NCBI GenBank assembly: GCA_044226015.1
Contig: JBGAHS010000008.1
Span: 320,001-384,000 of the forward strand
DNA length: 64,000 nt
Direction: 5' to 3'
Source: Candidatus Obscuribacteraceae bacterium
GTDB lineage: Bacteria > Cyanobacteriota > Vampirovibrionia > Obscuribacterales > Obscuribacteraceae
Shown here: piece after piece, positions 8,908 to 19,300 of the stretch
How the letters are laid out: every line of letters starts with the position of its first letter
How positions within the stretch are numbered: position 1 is the first letter of the stretch
The notes under the pieces: generated by a model
What the model was told of the DNA's origin: nothing
Databases searched by the model: none
What the model saw: the letters and a program-made list of their open reading frames with translations, nothing else
Program-made: the position numbers and the translations under genes

Positions 8908-9581
8908 TAGGATACTCCCTTTACGATGTCTGAATAGAGATTGATTAGAGCAACTACGCTGAGGATTAGCAGCCACCATGGCGGAGCGGACAGCTTGCTC
9001 ACTTGAGCCGGGCTGTCCACGAGTTTGAAGCCGCCGAGTTGGGCTGAAATTGCCTTCTGGCAGTTAGAGATGATTGAGTCGCAGGCGAACAGATTCGAGC
9101 CGTCGGCTTTGGCGGTAAAGTCGAGCTTCACTGTAGTGGTGTCGCGGCCGGTATCACTCACAAAGGCATCGAGTGTGATGAATCGCTGCACTCTTTCTTT
9201 GCGTGTGTGAACCTGTCCCCTTGCATCGGCTTCGCAGCGGACGACCTCGTCCGTGAACGTTAAGTTCGCGGTGATTCGGCCGGATTGAGTGTCGGCTGTC
9301 ACGACGCGCCACTTGTCGCCGAAGTTGTATGAGACCTCCGCCAGGAAGTCGCGGATTTTTGCGAATGCGAATTTGGCGGGAATTTCATATTCACGTGGCT
9401 GTGGGTGCAGGAAGTGTCTTCGTTCCACCAGCCATGCATGAAAGCATGGCCAGGCAGCCCAAATGCCGATGACTAGTCCGGGGAAGAGTCCGGCTTCACC
9501 TCTGTGCAGAATAGCTTCACCGATAAGAGCACCAAAGAAACAGAATGCTGAGAAACCTAGCGCAATTCCTAATATGACCAT
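8907..9581 (-). CDS. Hypothetical membrane protein (two N-terminal TM segments, one C-terminal)
   Basis: Hydrophobic segments; overlaps both neighbours in an operon. Confidence 0.7.
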   Translation of the reverse strand: MVILGIALGFSAFCFFGALIGEAILHRGEAGLFPGLVIGIWAAWPCFHAWLVERRHFLHPQPREYEIPAKFAFAKIRDFLAEVSYNFGDKWRVVTADTQSGRITANLTFTDEVVRCEADARGQVHTRKERVQRFITLDAFVSDTGRDTTTVKLDFTAKADGSNLFACDSIISNCQKAISAQLGGFKLVDSPAQVSKLSAPPWWLLILSVVALINLYSDIVKGVS

Positions 9582-10253
9582 ATGTCGTCTACCTCCGGTC
9601 TTTCTTGGGTGGGATTGGAGTTCGTGTTTGTGTTGCTTGACGGCTGAAGGGTTGGGTCAAGCTGAGGATCAACTTCCGGTGCACTTTGCTTACCAGCACC
9701 AGCGCCTTTCTTGTTTCGTCCCCCTTTCTTGGGACTTGGATCGTCCGCATCAGCAGCTTCATTCATCTGCGCGTTGTTTCTTCCTCTGCGCTGTACCGTT
9801 TCGCTAATCACATGAATCGGTCGCTCGGGCGGTGGATAATCCATCGCGTGTTGATATGCAATAGGCGATGCAACGGTAATTTTCAGCGGCCAGGTGTCGT
9901 TTGTGAAAGCGATCACCTGGTCTTTGAGATTGATCAGTTCTTCTGGCGTTGCTAGCGCTCTGCCTTGAATGAACTCTTGTACTCGTCCTGAGTCGGACAC
10001 GGTTACCTCCTCAATCGTTGTCTTGCCGAGTGCATCGCTGAGCACTCGTGCTTCATGGAAGTTCTTTTGTCCGAAGTAAATCTGCGTGGCGGGCTGGTCG
10101 ATAATGATGCGTGCCTCGTTTTGCGAGTACACGCGCTCAAGTTGGTGGTAGTTCTGGAAGCCCAGGACCAAACTTATCTTGGCTTTGCGAATTATCGATA
10201 GCACTTCGGCGATGTTTGCGATCTTTCCGAAGTTGGTGAACTCATCGAGCAGC
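9569..10253 (-). pseudogene. 3' fragment of a type IV coupling protein (VirD4/TraG/TraD-like)
   Basis: LLDEFTNFGKIANIAEVLSIIRKAKISLVLGFQNYHQLERVY...ARVLSDALGKTT...GRALATPEEL (Walker B and TraG-D C-terminal pattern). An in-frame TAG immediately precedes LLDEF and there is no Walker A region. Confidence 0.85.
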
Positions 10254-10652
10254 TACTTAACATGGGCTACGGTGGCTCAAGGAAAGATGCTGGTGAAGCA
10301 ATCGGAAGATCTGGCGATAGTGGCATTGATGGAATCATTAAAGAGGACCGTCTTGGTTTAGACTCTGTGTACGTACAGGCGAAACGTTGGGAAGATACCG
10401 TTGTCGGCCGACCAGAAATTCAAAAGTTTGCCGGTGCGCTGCAAGGACATCGAGCTTGAAAAGGAATTTTTATTACAACCTCTCGATTTTCTGCTGATGC
10501 TCGTGAATACGTAAAGATGATCGATAGCAAGATAGTCTTGCTCGACGGCGAGCAGCTTGCGCAACTGATGATTGACTTTAACGTCGGAGTCGCATCCAAC
10601 AAAGTATATGAGATCAAAAAAAATTTACAGCGATTACTTTGTCGAAGAGTGA
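10244..10652 (+). pseudogene. mrr: Mrr restriction endonuclease catalytic-domain remnant
   Basis: MGYGGSRKDAGEAIGRSGDSGIDGIIKEDRLGLDSVYVQAKRW...GALQGHRA*KGIFITTSRFS...IVLLDGEQLAQLMIDFNVGV. In-frame TGA at 10457-10459, frameshift in the A-run near 10616-10623, N-terminus missing. Confidence 0.9.
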
Positions 10653-10716
10653 GTATGATGCACCCTTGCGAAACAAAAAATCACAACGTCGCTCGACAAG
10701 TATCATATCAACCAGG

Positions 10717-12102
10717 CTAAGTCCTCCTGGCGCTGCTAGCCAATAAAGATCGCTCAATCGAGACCTCCAGTGTTTTCGGAGACAAAAAACTCGCCTCGAG
10801 ATTACTTTCCATCGCCCATTTGCGGAAGACTACAACAATCTCGTCTTTGTCAATCGCAACACGCTCGACCACAGCGCGAAGAAGCTTGCGTTTTGCATCC
10901 CAGTCCACACATTCGGCGACTTCAGCGGCAAACCTGGACTGGAGAGTACTTCTCACTTTTTCGAACACCGCATCTTCAAGTTTTTCTCGCCTTATTTGTT
11001 TATTCGCGCATTTGCTTTGCTCAGTCAATCGACACTTATCCGAACCGCGACAGCGATAATAGAAATACCTCTGCTCCATTCGCGCGCACCAGACTGGCTT
11101 GCCGTAATAGGCGCGCCTGCAGATATTGCAGTAAATTAGCCCTTGCAAAAGATATTGCGAACCACGAAATCGCGCACGAGCAAAGCGGCGGTTTTCGTCG
11201 AGCTGTTGCTGCGCGATGTCGAAATAAATTGAGGAAATAAGTGGTGGCACGGGGATCCTGATCCAATCATCGGCAGAAGTGCGGTAGAGTGAGAAATCGT
11301 GAGTTCGCAGTCCTTGAGCAGAACTTTTGGCGCGCAGCTCTTTTCGCCTGGGACCTATTCTTGTTCGCCCATATGCTGCATTTCCAGTATAAGCAGGATT
11401 CTTCAGCATTCCATAGATTGTCTTGTTGGTCCAAACTGTTCTTCCTTTTCGAGTTTTTATACCGGCTTCTTGCAAGCGGCGACAGACTTCAGTTATCGTT
11501 GTTCGCTCAACGCAAAACCATTGAAATACTTGCTGAACGGTTTTCGCTTCTTCGGCCTCGATCACAAAATGCGCTTCACCTGCCGCCGAGCTCTTTTTTG
11601 TGATGTAACGGTAACCGTACGGTGCCGAACCGAATACGCTAACACAGCCACGTTTGGCTGCGTGGAGCCTGCCTCTGCGGGAACGTTCCAGGAATTTTGC
11701 GCGTTCGTACTCGGCCATCATTCCTTGAACTTGCAAGAGTAATTCATCTTCTGGTGTGCCACGCCGCGGGCTATTTTGAAAGATTATGTCGATTCCAGAT
11801 TTGTGGAATTCGTCAACAAGCAGAATCTGGTAGGCGTACTTTCGCGAGAGCCTATCAGGTGAGTGGACGTAAAGGCGATCTATAAGACCAGCGTGCGCTG
11901 CGTCGCGAAGGCGTTCAAGTGCGGGTCTGACTAGTGTTGTGCCACTGTAACCGTCGTCAATAAATTTATAGCTGTCTTCGAGGGTGAGGTTGTCTGCTTT
12001 GATAAGCTGCAGAACCGATTGGATCTGGCTTTCAATGGTACCAGCTTGTGCTTGCTGCTCAGTTGAGACTCTGGCATACAGAGCTATTTGTTTCTTACTC
12101 AT
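10717..12102 (-). CDS. Large serine recombinase (resolvase, recombinase and zinc-ribbon domains)
   Basis: ALYARVST (catalytic Ser), DDGYSGTTLVRPALERLRD, SPDRLSR, PYGY, LKNPAYTG, LLQGLIYCNIC...YYRC...C. Confidence 0.95.
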   Translation of the reverse strand: MSKKQIALYARVSTEQQAQAGTIESQIQSVLQLIKADNLTLEDSYKFIDDGYSGTTLVRPALERLRDAAHAGLIDRLYVHSPDRLSRKYAYQILLVDEFHKSGIDIIFQNSPRRGTPEDELLLQVQGMMAEYERAKFLERSRRGRLHAAKRGCVSVFGSAPYGYRYITKKSSAAGEAHFVIEAEEAKTVQQVFQWFCVERTTITEVCRRLQEAGIKTRKGRTVWTNKTIYGMLKNPAYTGNAAYGRTRIGPRRKELRAKSSAQGLRTHDFSLYRTSADDWIRIPVPPLISSIYFDIAQQQLDENRRFARARFRGSQYLLQGLIYCNICRRAYYGKPVWCARMEQRYFYYRCRGSDKCRLTEQSKCANKQIRREKLEDAVFEKVRSTLQSRFAAEVAECVDWDAKRKLLRAVVERVAIDKDEIVVVFRKWAMESNLEASFLSPKTLEVSIERSLLASSARRT

Positions 12103-12144
12103 CGTATTGTCCTATGGTATTGCATGCGGTGCATGTGAATTTAT

Positions 12145-12180
12145 GCAGCAAATCGCGTTTTGGATTTGCTGCTTCTTTTT
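12145..12180 (+). terminator. Perfect 10-bp hairpin with T-rich tail upstream of the recombinase
   Basis: GCAGCAAATC-8nt-GATTTGCTGC followed by TTCTTTTT; could instead be a recombinase or regulator site. Confidence 0.45.
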
Positions 12181-12190
12181 GGTCTTGAGA

Positions 12191-12355
12191 TCATAGCACC
12201 GTTCTATGCAACATTAGGTGTGGGTCGTATCTAATGCCGTGGCCGTAACATGCATTCCAGCATGCTTCTGTTTTGTTGATGCAAGAGATGCGTGGCAAAC
12301 TGAATGCCGGTCCGGTCTTGCTGTTATGTGTCAATTGAAGTCCGTAAGTTTCCAT
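12191..12355 (-). pseudogene. Truncated Cys-cluster (GP88-like) gene; not in the ORF track
   Basis: METYGLQLTHNSKTGPAFSLPRISCINKTEACWNACYGHGIRY then DPHLMLHRTVL*. The NSK...FSLP...C-x6-C-x3-CY motif resembles GP88-type proteins, which are much longer. GAGGA RBS present. Confidence 0.55.
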
Positions 12356-12411
12356 TCTATTTTCCTCAAGAAAGAGGGGACGAGCATTGCCCGTCCCACT
12401 GTGTTATCGAC

Positions 12412-12615
12412 CTATCGAATTTCAAAGTAGATATTCTCCAGCCGCTGCACTTCAGCGCTGGTCGATTCAGTTTTTCTGTAGCTGTCGTAATAACGCCGAA
12501 GCGCTTCTCTGATTAGATCGGAACGAGTGCGACATTCGTACTTCGCCATCAGATCAACATTCGCAAGCAGCCGACTCGGCAAACCGATCAAGACTTTCTT
12601 GGTGTCATTGCTCAT
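12412..12615 (-). CDS. CopG/ribbon-helix-helix regulator
   Basis: KKVLIGLPSRLLANVDLMAKYECRTRSDLIREALRRY; AGGAGA RBS before ATG 12615. Confidence 0.85.
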   Translation of the reverse strand: MSNDTKKVLIGLPSRLLANVDLMAKYECRTRSDLIREALRRYYDSYRKTESTSAEVQRLENIYFEIR

Positions 12616-12897
12616 TTCAATTCTCCTTGAATTTCGCCCAGCCACCGACGAGGTGACTCCGGCATGAAACACAGCCGTGCACATGCGCCGCGCGAAATCA
12701 TTCAGTGCAATGCCTCGCTAGCGCCATCAGCGTGATGCCGTGCGGCGCATGTGCGATGAATTGAAATTGCCGGAAAAATCGAATTTCTTTGAAGAGAATC
12801 TGTAAGACGAAACAACTGGGGACAGAGTCCACTTCAAGTACATGCGCGTAGAAGGGACAATTTAAGTGAGTTCTTGGATCTGGTGTAAGATGAAATC

Positions 12898-13881
12898 TTG
12901 TATCTCAGGGAAGGAGTGACTATTCCAATGGAAATGAGGGATTTCGATAGTCAAATTGATAAACTCAAGGCGGAGCGTGCGGCACGAGTAAAAGAGCTGC
13001 AGGAAAAATTTCCGTATTTGCCTGCCGGAGCAATTAAGGACCCGTTGGTTCAAATTATTGATGAATCGGTCCGGGCTCTTGAATTCGAAAAAGAGAAGTA
13101 TCAAGAATCGTTGGGTCCGAAAGACAAAGAGCAAGCAAGTGAATCAATCGCCAAGGCTTTCACCGCATTGATGAGGCCAGCAACGGCCGAGCACAAAAAA
13201 CTGGAGAATTACTCAAATCTATTGAGAGAGAGATTTGATTCCAAGGAGCTTGAAGATTGGTACCAACAACTTTGTGTACTCGCTAAAAGAATTGAAGAAC
13301 TAAGACAGTCGAAATATTTCTTACTGAAGGAACTGTCGCCAACATCCCTAGAGTTACTAGAAAAAGCAAAGGGCGTAAGCCGTGAGATTCTGCATCTAGA
13401 TTATCAACTGAACAACATTGTATATGCTCATGAAAAACGGCTCTACGACAGCAAAGGTTTGTCGAGCAGTGCACACAATGTTGAAGTTACTGTGGTGGAG
13501 ATTAAGCCTTTCAAAAATGCAATGTTTGGGTTGCAGCAAAAAAATTGGGCTGGTTTCTTATCGGAAATCGATCAATTGACTAGGTTCCTGGGAAAGCATG
13601 AATTAGGCGAAGGAATTGAACGAGCTACAAGATTGTTGAAGAAACCGTCAGTCTTTTTGTCAACTTTTCAATCAAAGATCGACCTGAATGTTGATGCCAG
13701 TCCAGAGACTATTCAGACGAGTTCAAGGGAAACAACACTTGCTTACTCCAGATACCTGCTGTCTAATACATACGTAAATATCTCGGCATCTTGGGGAGAG
13801 TTCAAGTGTTACCTTCTTTCCATTGATGGGCTTCGCTTCCTGATTTCACAGGGAACTTTTGGGTTTCGCGATTTGCTCTAA
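12898..13881 (+). CDS. Hypothetical helical/coiled-coil protein; start possibly ATG 12928
   Basis: 327-aa ORF with natural composition; no motif recognised. Confidence 0.65.
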   Translation: MYLREGVTIPMEMRDFDSQIDKLKAERAARVKELQEKFPYLPAGAIKDPLVQIIDESVRALEFEKEKYQESLGPKDKEQASESIAKAFTALMRPATAEHKKLENYSNLLRERFDSKELEDWYQQLCVLAKRIEELRQSKYFLLKELSPTSLELLEKAKGVSREILHLDYQLNNIVYAHEKRLYDSKGLSSSAHNVEVTVVEIKPFKNAMFGLQQKNWAGFLSEIDQLTRFLGKHELGEGIERATRLLKKPSVFLSTFQSKIDLNVDASPETIQTSSRETTLAYSRYLLSNTYVNISASWGEFKCYLLSIDGLRFLISQGTFGFRDLL

Positions 13882-13917
13882 CCACTGTTAAGAGAGTTGG
13901 CTTTAGCTCTTGTTGAG

Positions 13918-15693
13918 TTAGTCGCTCGGAGGAAGTAGTCTCTCACCGGCGGCTTTCATTAATGCTATTGCGGGAGCTGCTGGCGGATACCACGCAGGTT
14001 CAAAAATTCGGAAAGTTTGATTGATATAGAGATCGAACGTGATCTTCATTCTGAGGGGATCTGCTTCTGAATAGGTTCGCAAGTGAGACAAAAAGCTCTT
14101 ATTGTTTATTCGGGCTGCGGCGAGGTGTTCAAGATCAGTTATGGTAAGGACGATCAGATTCATGATTTTCAGTTTTCTTGCATTAGCTCCCGCACCTTGA
14201 ACGAAAAAATAGCCCTGACTTGGAGCATCTGGCTGCCCAAGCAGTATGGCGAATTCTGATGCCAATGCGGTTATAGCGAATCCTTGAGCCGGAAGAAGTG
14301 CATCGTGCACGAGTAACAAGGGAAAGATGGTTTCCAAATCCTCGGGAACGACATCTGTTGTATCCGTTTGAACTCTCGGGACCCTATGTCCTTCAGCTAA
14401 TCTCTTTATCGAGTTAGCTAGTTGTGCGATTCCTTTATCCCGCTCTTCAGCATCTGCCGGAACTCCATATTTGTCCATAAGCTCCTGCCAGAATAATTCA
14501 TAATCGAAAGGTCTAACTGTGTCGTCCTTAAGCCAGGCTCCTTTGGTTTCTATAAGAATCATCGTATTTGGATAAGTAAGGATGATATCTGAAAGTTCTG
14601 GAGCTTCTCCGACCGAGATTGAAAGCTTTCTGTTCGTAGAGATGTGCCCAAATTCGATATTTCGCCCACTCATACGATCATGGAAGTTAGCAAAAACAGT
14701 CTGGCAATAATTCTCAAACGCTTCTCCAAATTTGCCAAAAACTTTGTCCACGCCTAAGCCAAGCACTTTGAAAAGTGGTCCGTAGGCCATCATGTCTTGA
14801 AAGAAGACCTGATCTAAAATAATAAAATGTCCGTCTGGAAGTCGCAAAATAGGTCGACTTCTAAATAACTTAAAGTCATAGAATTGATCAACGGCTCTTT
14901 TCCTCAACTCCTCTCGTAACTCTTTAACGTCAATCGAAAAGTGTTTAAAGAAGCGTTCCAATATAGGACGAAAGTCTGGTGCTCTTGCACACAGATTGTC
15001 CAGAGTAAATGTAAATCTCACTCCGTTTTTGTCCTTACTCCCGAGGCCCAAGCACGCAACACCGGCAACGCATGCGTAAAAATCGCTGAGCGTTAAACCG
15101 TCTGTTCGCTTGCCGAACTCAACTCCGAAGGTTGGATCAACGAAGATGCGGTCAAGCAAAAGCAGCGATGCTCTTCCTAACGAGTGAAGAGAGTACCAAG
15201 CCGGAAGACCCATTAAAGCCCACTCGCGAATTACCGGGAGGCACTTTTTTATTCGAGTAAGGTTGCTGTCACCTGGACTACCATTCAATAGGGGATCGTG
15301 CCGCTTGGTTGAAAGCTCCGCGGCGGCCATTTGCGCTAATAAGAATTCATCCGGCTTTTCGTTTGAAGGTTGGTCACTGGCAAAATGTGCTATCCATTTC
15401 AGCAACTCCAACAGTCCTCGTCTGTGCAGTACCCACGGAAAGTGTTTCTTCCTAAAATATGTATCTATTTCCTTTGTCGATTTCTCTGTAAGTTCGATCT
15501 GTCGCAGAGCCAGGGCTTGCCGGTCTTTATGATCTCGAACTCCGTTTGCTGAAGCACAGCCATTAATCAAAGCCACGCGATAGATTGCTTTTTCAAAATT
15601 CATTGTTGAAACAACAGCTTTAAGCTCTTCTTCACTGGGGCACGCTCCAAATATGTCATCAAAGGTAATCCACTCGGTTGCATGTTCAGCCAT
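13918..15693 (-). CDS. Hypothetical protein with C-terminal NERD/PD-(D/E)XK-like nuclease motif
   Basis: FGEAFENYC...ELSDIILTYPNTMILIETKG...GIAQL. Confidence 0.7.
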   Translation of the reverse strand: MAEHATEWITFDDIFGACPSEEELKAVVSTMNFEKAIYRVALINGCASANGVRDHKDRQALALRQIELTEKSTKEIDTYFRKKHFPWVLHRRGLLELLKWIAHFASDQPSNEKPDEFLLAQMAAAELSTKRHDPLLNGSPGDSNLTRIKKCLPVIREWALMGLPAWYSLHSLGRASLLLLDRIFVDPTFGVEFGKRTDGLTLSDFYACVAGVACLGLGSKDKNGVRFTFTLDNLCARAPDFRPILERFFKHFSIDVKELREELRKRAVDQFYDFKLFRSRPILRLPDGHFIILDQVFFQDMMAYGPLFKVLGLGVDKVFGKFGEAFENYCQTVFANFHDRMSGRNIEFGHISTNRKLSISVGEAPELSDIILTYPNTMILIETKGAWLKDDTVRPFDYELFWQELMDKYGVPADAEERDKGIAQLANSIKRLAEGHRVPRVQTDTTDVVPEDLETIFPLLLVHDALLPAQGFAITALASEFAILLGQPDAPSQGYFFVQGAGANARKLKIMNLIVLTITDLEHLAAARINNKSFLSHLRTYSEADPLRMKITFDLYINQTFRIFEPAWYPPAAPAIALMKAAGERLLPPSD

Positions 15694-15764
15694 TTAGCAC
15701 CCACTAAAGCTATTGAGGAAAGGTTCTACGGAGTGACTCTCTATTCAGCAAGCAAGACAGTGAG

Positions 15765-16073
15765 CTAGTGCAAGTGATCAATTACCATGCAACATAGAGA
15801 GTCAGCCATCATTTGAAAGCCAAAAGACTGTAGTTCGCTTTTCGGGTTGTGATTCGCTATCGTACTCATCACGTATTGTTCTCCGGACTTAAGGTCGGAA
15901 GCTTCCACCAGTTTCGACCAGACTGAGTTCTGTGTCAAATGGTCTAAGAGCCGGACATGCACATACACCAACCCAAACCGTCGCGTCAGCCGAATATCAT
16001 CGCGCCAAGGCAAGAAGTAATACTCCACCACCGGGTCCTTATAAGTGCGGCGAAAAAATCTGAGCGACTCCAT
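15765..16073 (-). CDS. Small hypothetical protein
   Basis: 102-aa ORF with GGAGGG upstream of the ATG. Confidence 0.45.
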   Translation of the reverse strand: MESLRFFRRTYKDPVVEYYFLPWRDDIRLTRRFGLVYVHVRLLDHLTQNSVWSKLVEASDLKSGEQYVMSTIANHNPKSELQSFGFQMMADSLCCMVIDHLH

Positions 16074-16372
16074 GATGCGTGCCCTCCGAAATGAATATGG
16101 AATTCAAGAAGAAAATGGGTTGCCATGCAGGTCGCGAGAAAATTGCGCTGCTACTTTCATAAACGTAAAAATCATGCCAAGAGTTCAATGAAATTGATTA
16201 ATTCAGAGGGTGGACTGCATGTCTATTGCGGTGTCGGTTGCTAAGGTGAGTTAAATCATCCGGGCAGAATGGCTTGCAAACTTGTCATGAGAGAAATCAG
16301 AACGGGCTTATGGGAAACTAATGTCTATTTTCCTCGGCATCCATCCCGGTCCGTGTGGGGTTGTAAATAGCT

Positions 16373-19300
16373 ATGGACGTATTTGAAGTTCGTCAGAGTC
16401 TCATCGATGACTACGCCAATTACATTGGTAGTTTCTTTCAGATAAAAGATCCTCGAATCGAGAGCAAGGTGAAAACGAGTCTCGAAGAGGGCTTGCTCTG
16501 GCCGGAGCCGCTGATTCAACTCAATCCTTCATTCGAGCCTGGAAAATGGATCGATGAATTGGTAAAGGAAGGCGTTCTTGCTCAGGAATGCAGCAAAATC
16601 TTCCGAAAGAAACCGCAGGCTGATGTAGATAACGGTCCATTGCGCCTCCACAAGCACCAGGAAGAAGCGTTGCGCACTGCACGGACCGGAGCTAACTACG
16701 TTCTAACAACCGGCACTGGTTCGGGTAAAAGCCTTGCTTACATAGTGCCGATAGTTGATCACATTGTGCGAAATGGTTCTGGAAAGGGCGTTCAAGCAAT
16801 CGTCATTTATCCCATGAATGCGCTTGCAAACAGCCAGGAAGGCGAGCTAAAAAAATTCCTTGAGAATGGTTATCCAAAAGGAAAGAGCCCGGTCACATTC
16901 CGTCGCTATACCGGACAAGAAAGCGAAGATACGAAAAACGAAATCATCGCGAATCCACCAGACATCATTCTGACAAACTATGTAATGCTGGAATTAATGC
17001 TTACTCGTCCCTCTGAAGAGAAGCTGATTGCAGCAGCCAAAGGAATGAAATTCCTGGTGTTTGACGAATTGCACACCTACCGGGGACGGCAGGGTGCCGA
17101 CGTAGCATTGCTGGCACGCAGAGTTGCAGATCGAGTTGGAGCAGAACGGCTTCAATTCGTGGGTACCTCCGCAACATTGGCTGGTGGAGATAACTACGAA
17201 GAAAAGCAACGAGAAGTAGCTGCCGTTGCGTCAAAGATTTTTGGTGCTCCGGTTCATCCAGAACATGTAATCGGCGAGACTCTCAGACGTGCGACTCCCG
17301 AGCTTGATTTCACCAAGAACTCGGTAATTACCGATCTCGCAAGCCGAGTTTCTGATGAAGAATACAAATTGCCGATGGATTTCGAATCCTTTGTCAAAGA
17401 GCCACTATCAAGCTGGTTGGAAACAACATTCGGAATTAAGAAAGAAGCCAACAGCGAACGCTTGATGCGAACAATACCGATGAGCATAACGGGCGAGGAT
17501 GGTGCAGCGAAGCAGCTAAGCAAACTTACAGGTGTAGATGACAAAGTATGCGCACGGACTATTCAACGTGGTTTGCTTGCTGGCTACCAGTGTGCGCCGA
17601 ATCCCGAAACAGGTTTTCCCGCGTTTGCGTTTCGCGTGCATCAATTCATCAGCAGAGGCGATACCGTTTATTCGTCACTAGAATCGGCAGAAGCCAGGCA
17701 CTTGACGATGTTCGGTCAGCAATTTACACCGGAAGATCGGACGAAAATATTGCTCCCGATGTGTTTCTGCCGTGAGTGCGGACAGGAATATTACACAATT
17801 AGACGCAAGAAGAATCCTAAGCCAGGTGAACGTGCGGTCGAGCCACGAGTGTTTCAGGACCAAGGACATGACGCAACTGGAGATGCCGGATATTTGTACT
17901 TCAGTGAAACCGATCCGTGGCCGGATGATGATCCGACCGACAGATTGCCAGACGATTGGCTGGAAGAGGGCAAGCAAGGTGCTCGAATAAAGAGCGGCAG
18001 AAAAGAATACTTGCCAAAGGCAATCATGCTTGACGCCGGTGGCTTTGAATCGGCAGGCGGACAGAAGTACCATTTTGTCACTACTCCCTTCCAATTCTGC
18101 CTGAGTTGTGGAGTCACATATAATAGGCAAAGATCAGACTTCGGAAAACTGAGCACGCTTAGTTCGGAAGGAAGAAGCACCGCCACAACAATTCTCAATT
18201 TGTCGGCAATTTTGAGATTGCGTAATGAAGAGACCTTACCCAGCACGGCTCGAAAGCTCTTGAGCTTCACCGACAACAGGCAAGACGCGTCGCTGCAGGC
18301 TGGCCACTTCAACGACTTTGTCGAAATAGGACTATTGCGCGGTGCACTCTATCGAGCGGTGGAAGAAGCGGGCACAAACGGTGTTAGTCACGAAGTTCTT
18401 TGTCAAAAGGTGTTCGACTCACTCGCACTTCCAGTTCGATATTACTCGCTAGATCCCACAGTAAGGTTCCAAGCGAAGATAGATACCGACAAAGCATTTA
18501 GAGACCTGCTCGGTTACCGAATCTATCGAGATCTTGAAAGAGGCTGGCGTATTACTGCTCCAAATTTGGAGCAATGCGGATTGCTTGAAATCGAGTATCT
18601 ATCACTGAAAGATGTGACCGAAGCTGAAGACGTTTGGCAAGATACGCATGTGGTTCTTCTGAATGCGCCGCCTGTTCTTCGAATGGAAATCTGCAAAGTC
18701 CTTCTGGATCACATGAGGCGCGAGCTTGCGATTCAAGTCGACTATCTTGATCCTCAATTTCAGGAACGAATTCAGCGCGAAAGTAACGCAAGGCTGAGAT
18801 CACCTTGGTCGATTGACGAAAATGAACGAATGCTCCGCTCATCGATTTTGTATCCGCGCTCATCTCGCGGGCCGGATGGTGACGGCAGCGTGTATTTGTC
18901 TCCGCGGGGAGCTGTTGCTCAATTCTTCAAAAAGCGGTTGCAAGGATTGCTGAGAGGTCACAAGCTCGATACAAATGATGTGCAAGCAATATGCCAGCAG
19001 TTGTTGAACGCACTCAGAATCGCTGGATTAGTAGCGGTTGTTCGGGAACCTCGGGACAACGATGATGTTCCAGGCTACCAATTACGATCATCAGGAATGT
19101 TATGGAAGGTCGGCGATGGTAAGAAAGCGTATCACGATCCAATACGTGTGCCTAGACCATCCGAAGAAGGCGGTAAGCCGAACTTTTTCTTCGTTGATTT
19201 CTATCGCCAAACCGCAAAAGACCTGGTTGGACTCGAAGGAAGAGAGCACACCGCACAGGTAGATGCAGGAGCTCGCTTAGAAAGAGAAGATCAATTTAGA

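Noticed and set aside
8908..8979. N-terminal extension of the J-domain ORF given in the track
   Set aside because: It overlaps the upstream gene; the TAATG-coupled ATG at 8907 is the better start.
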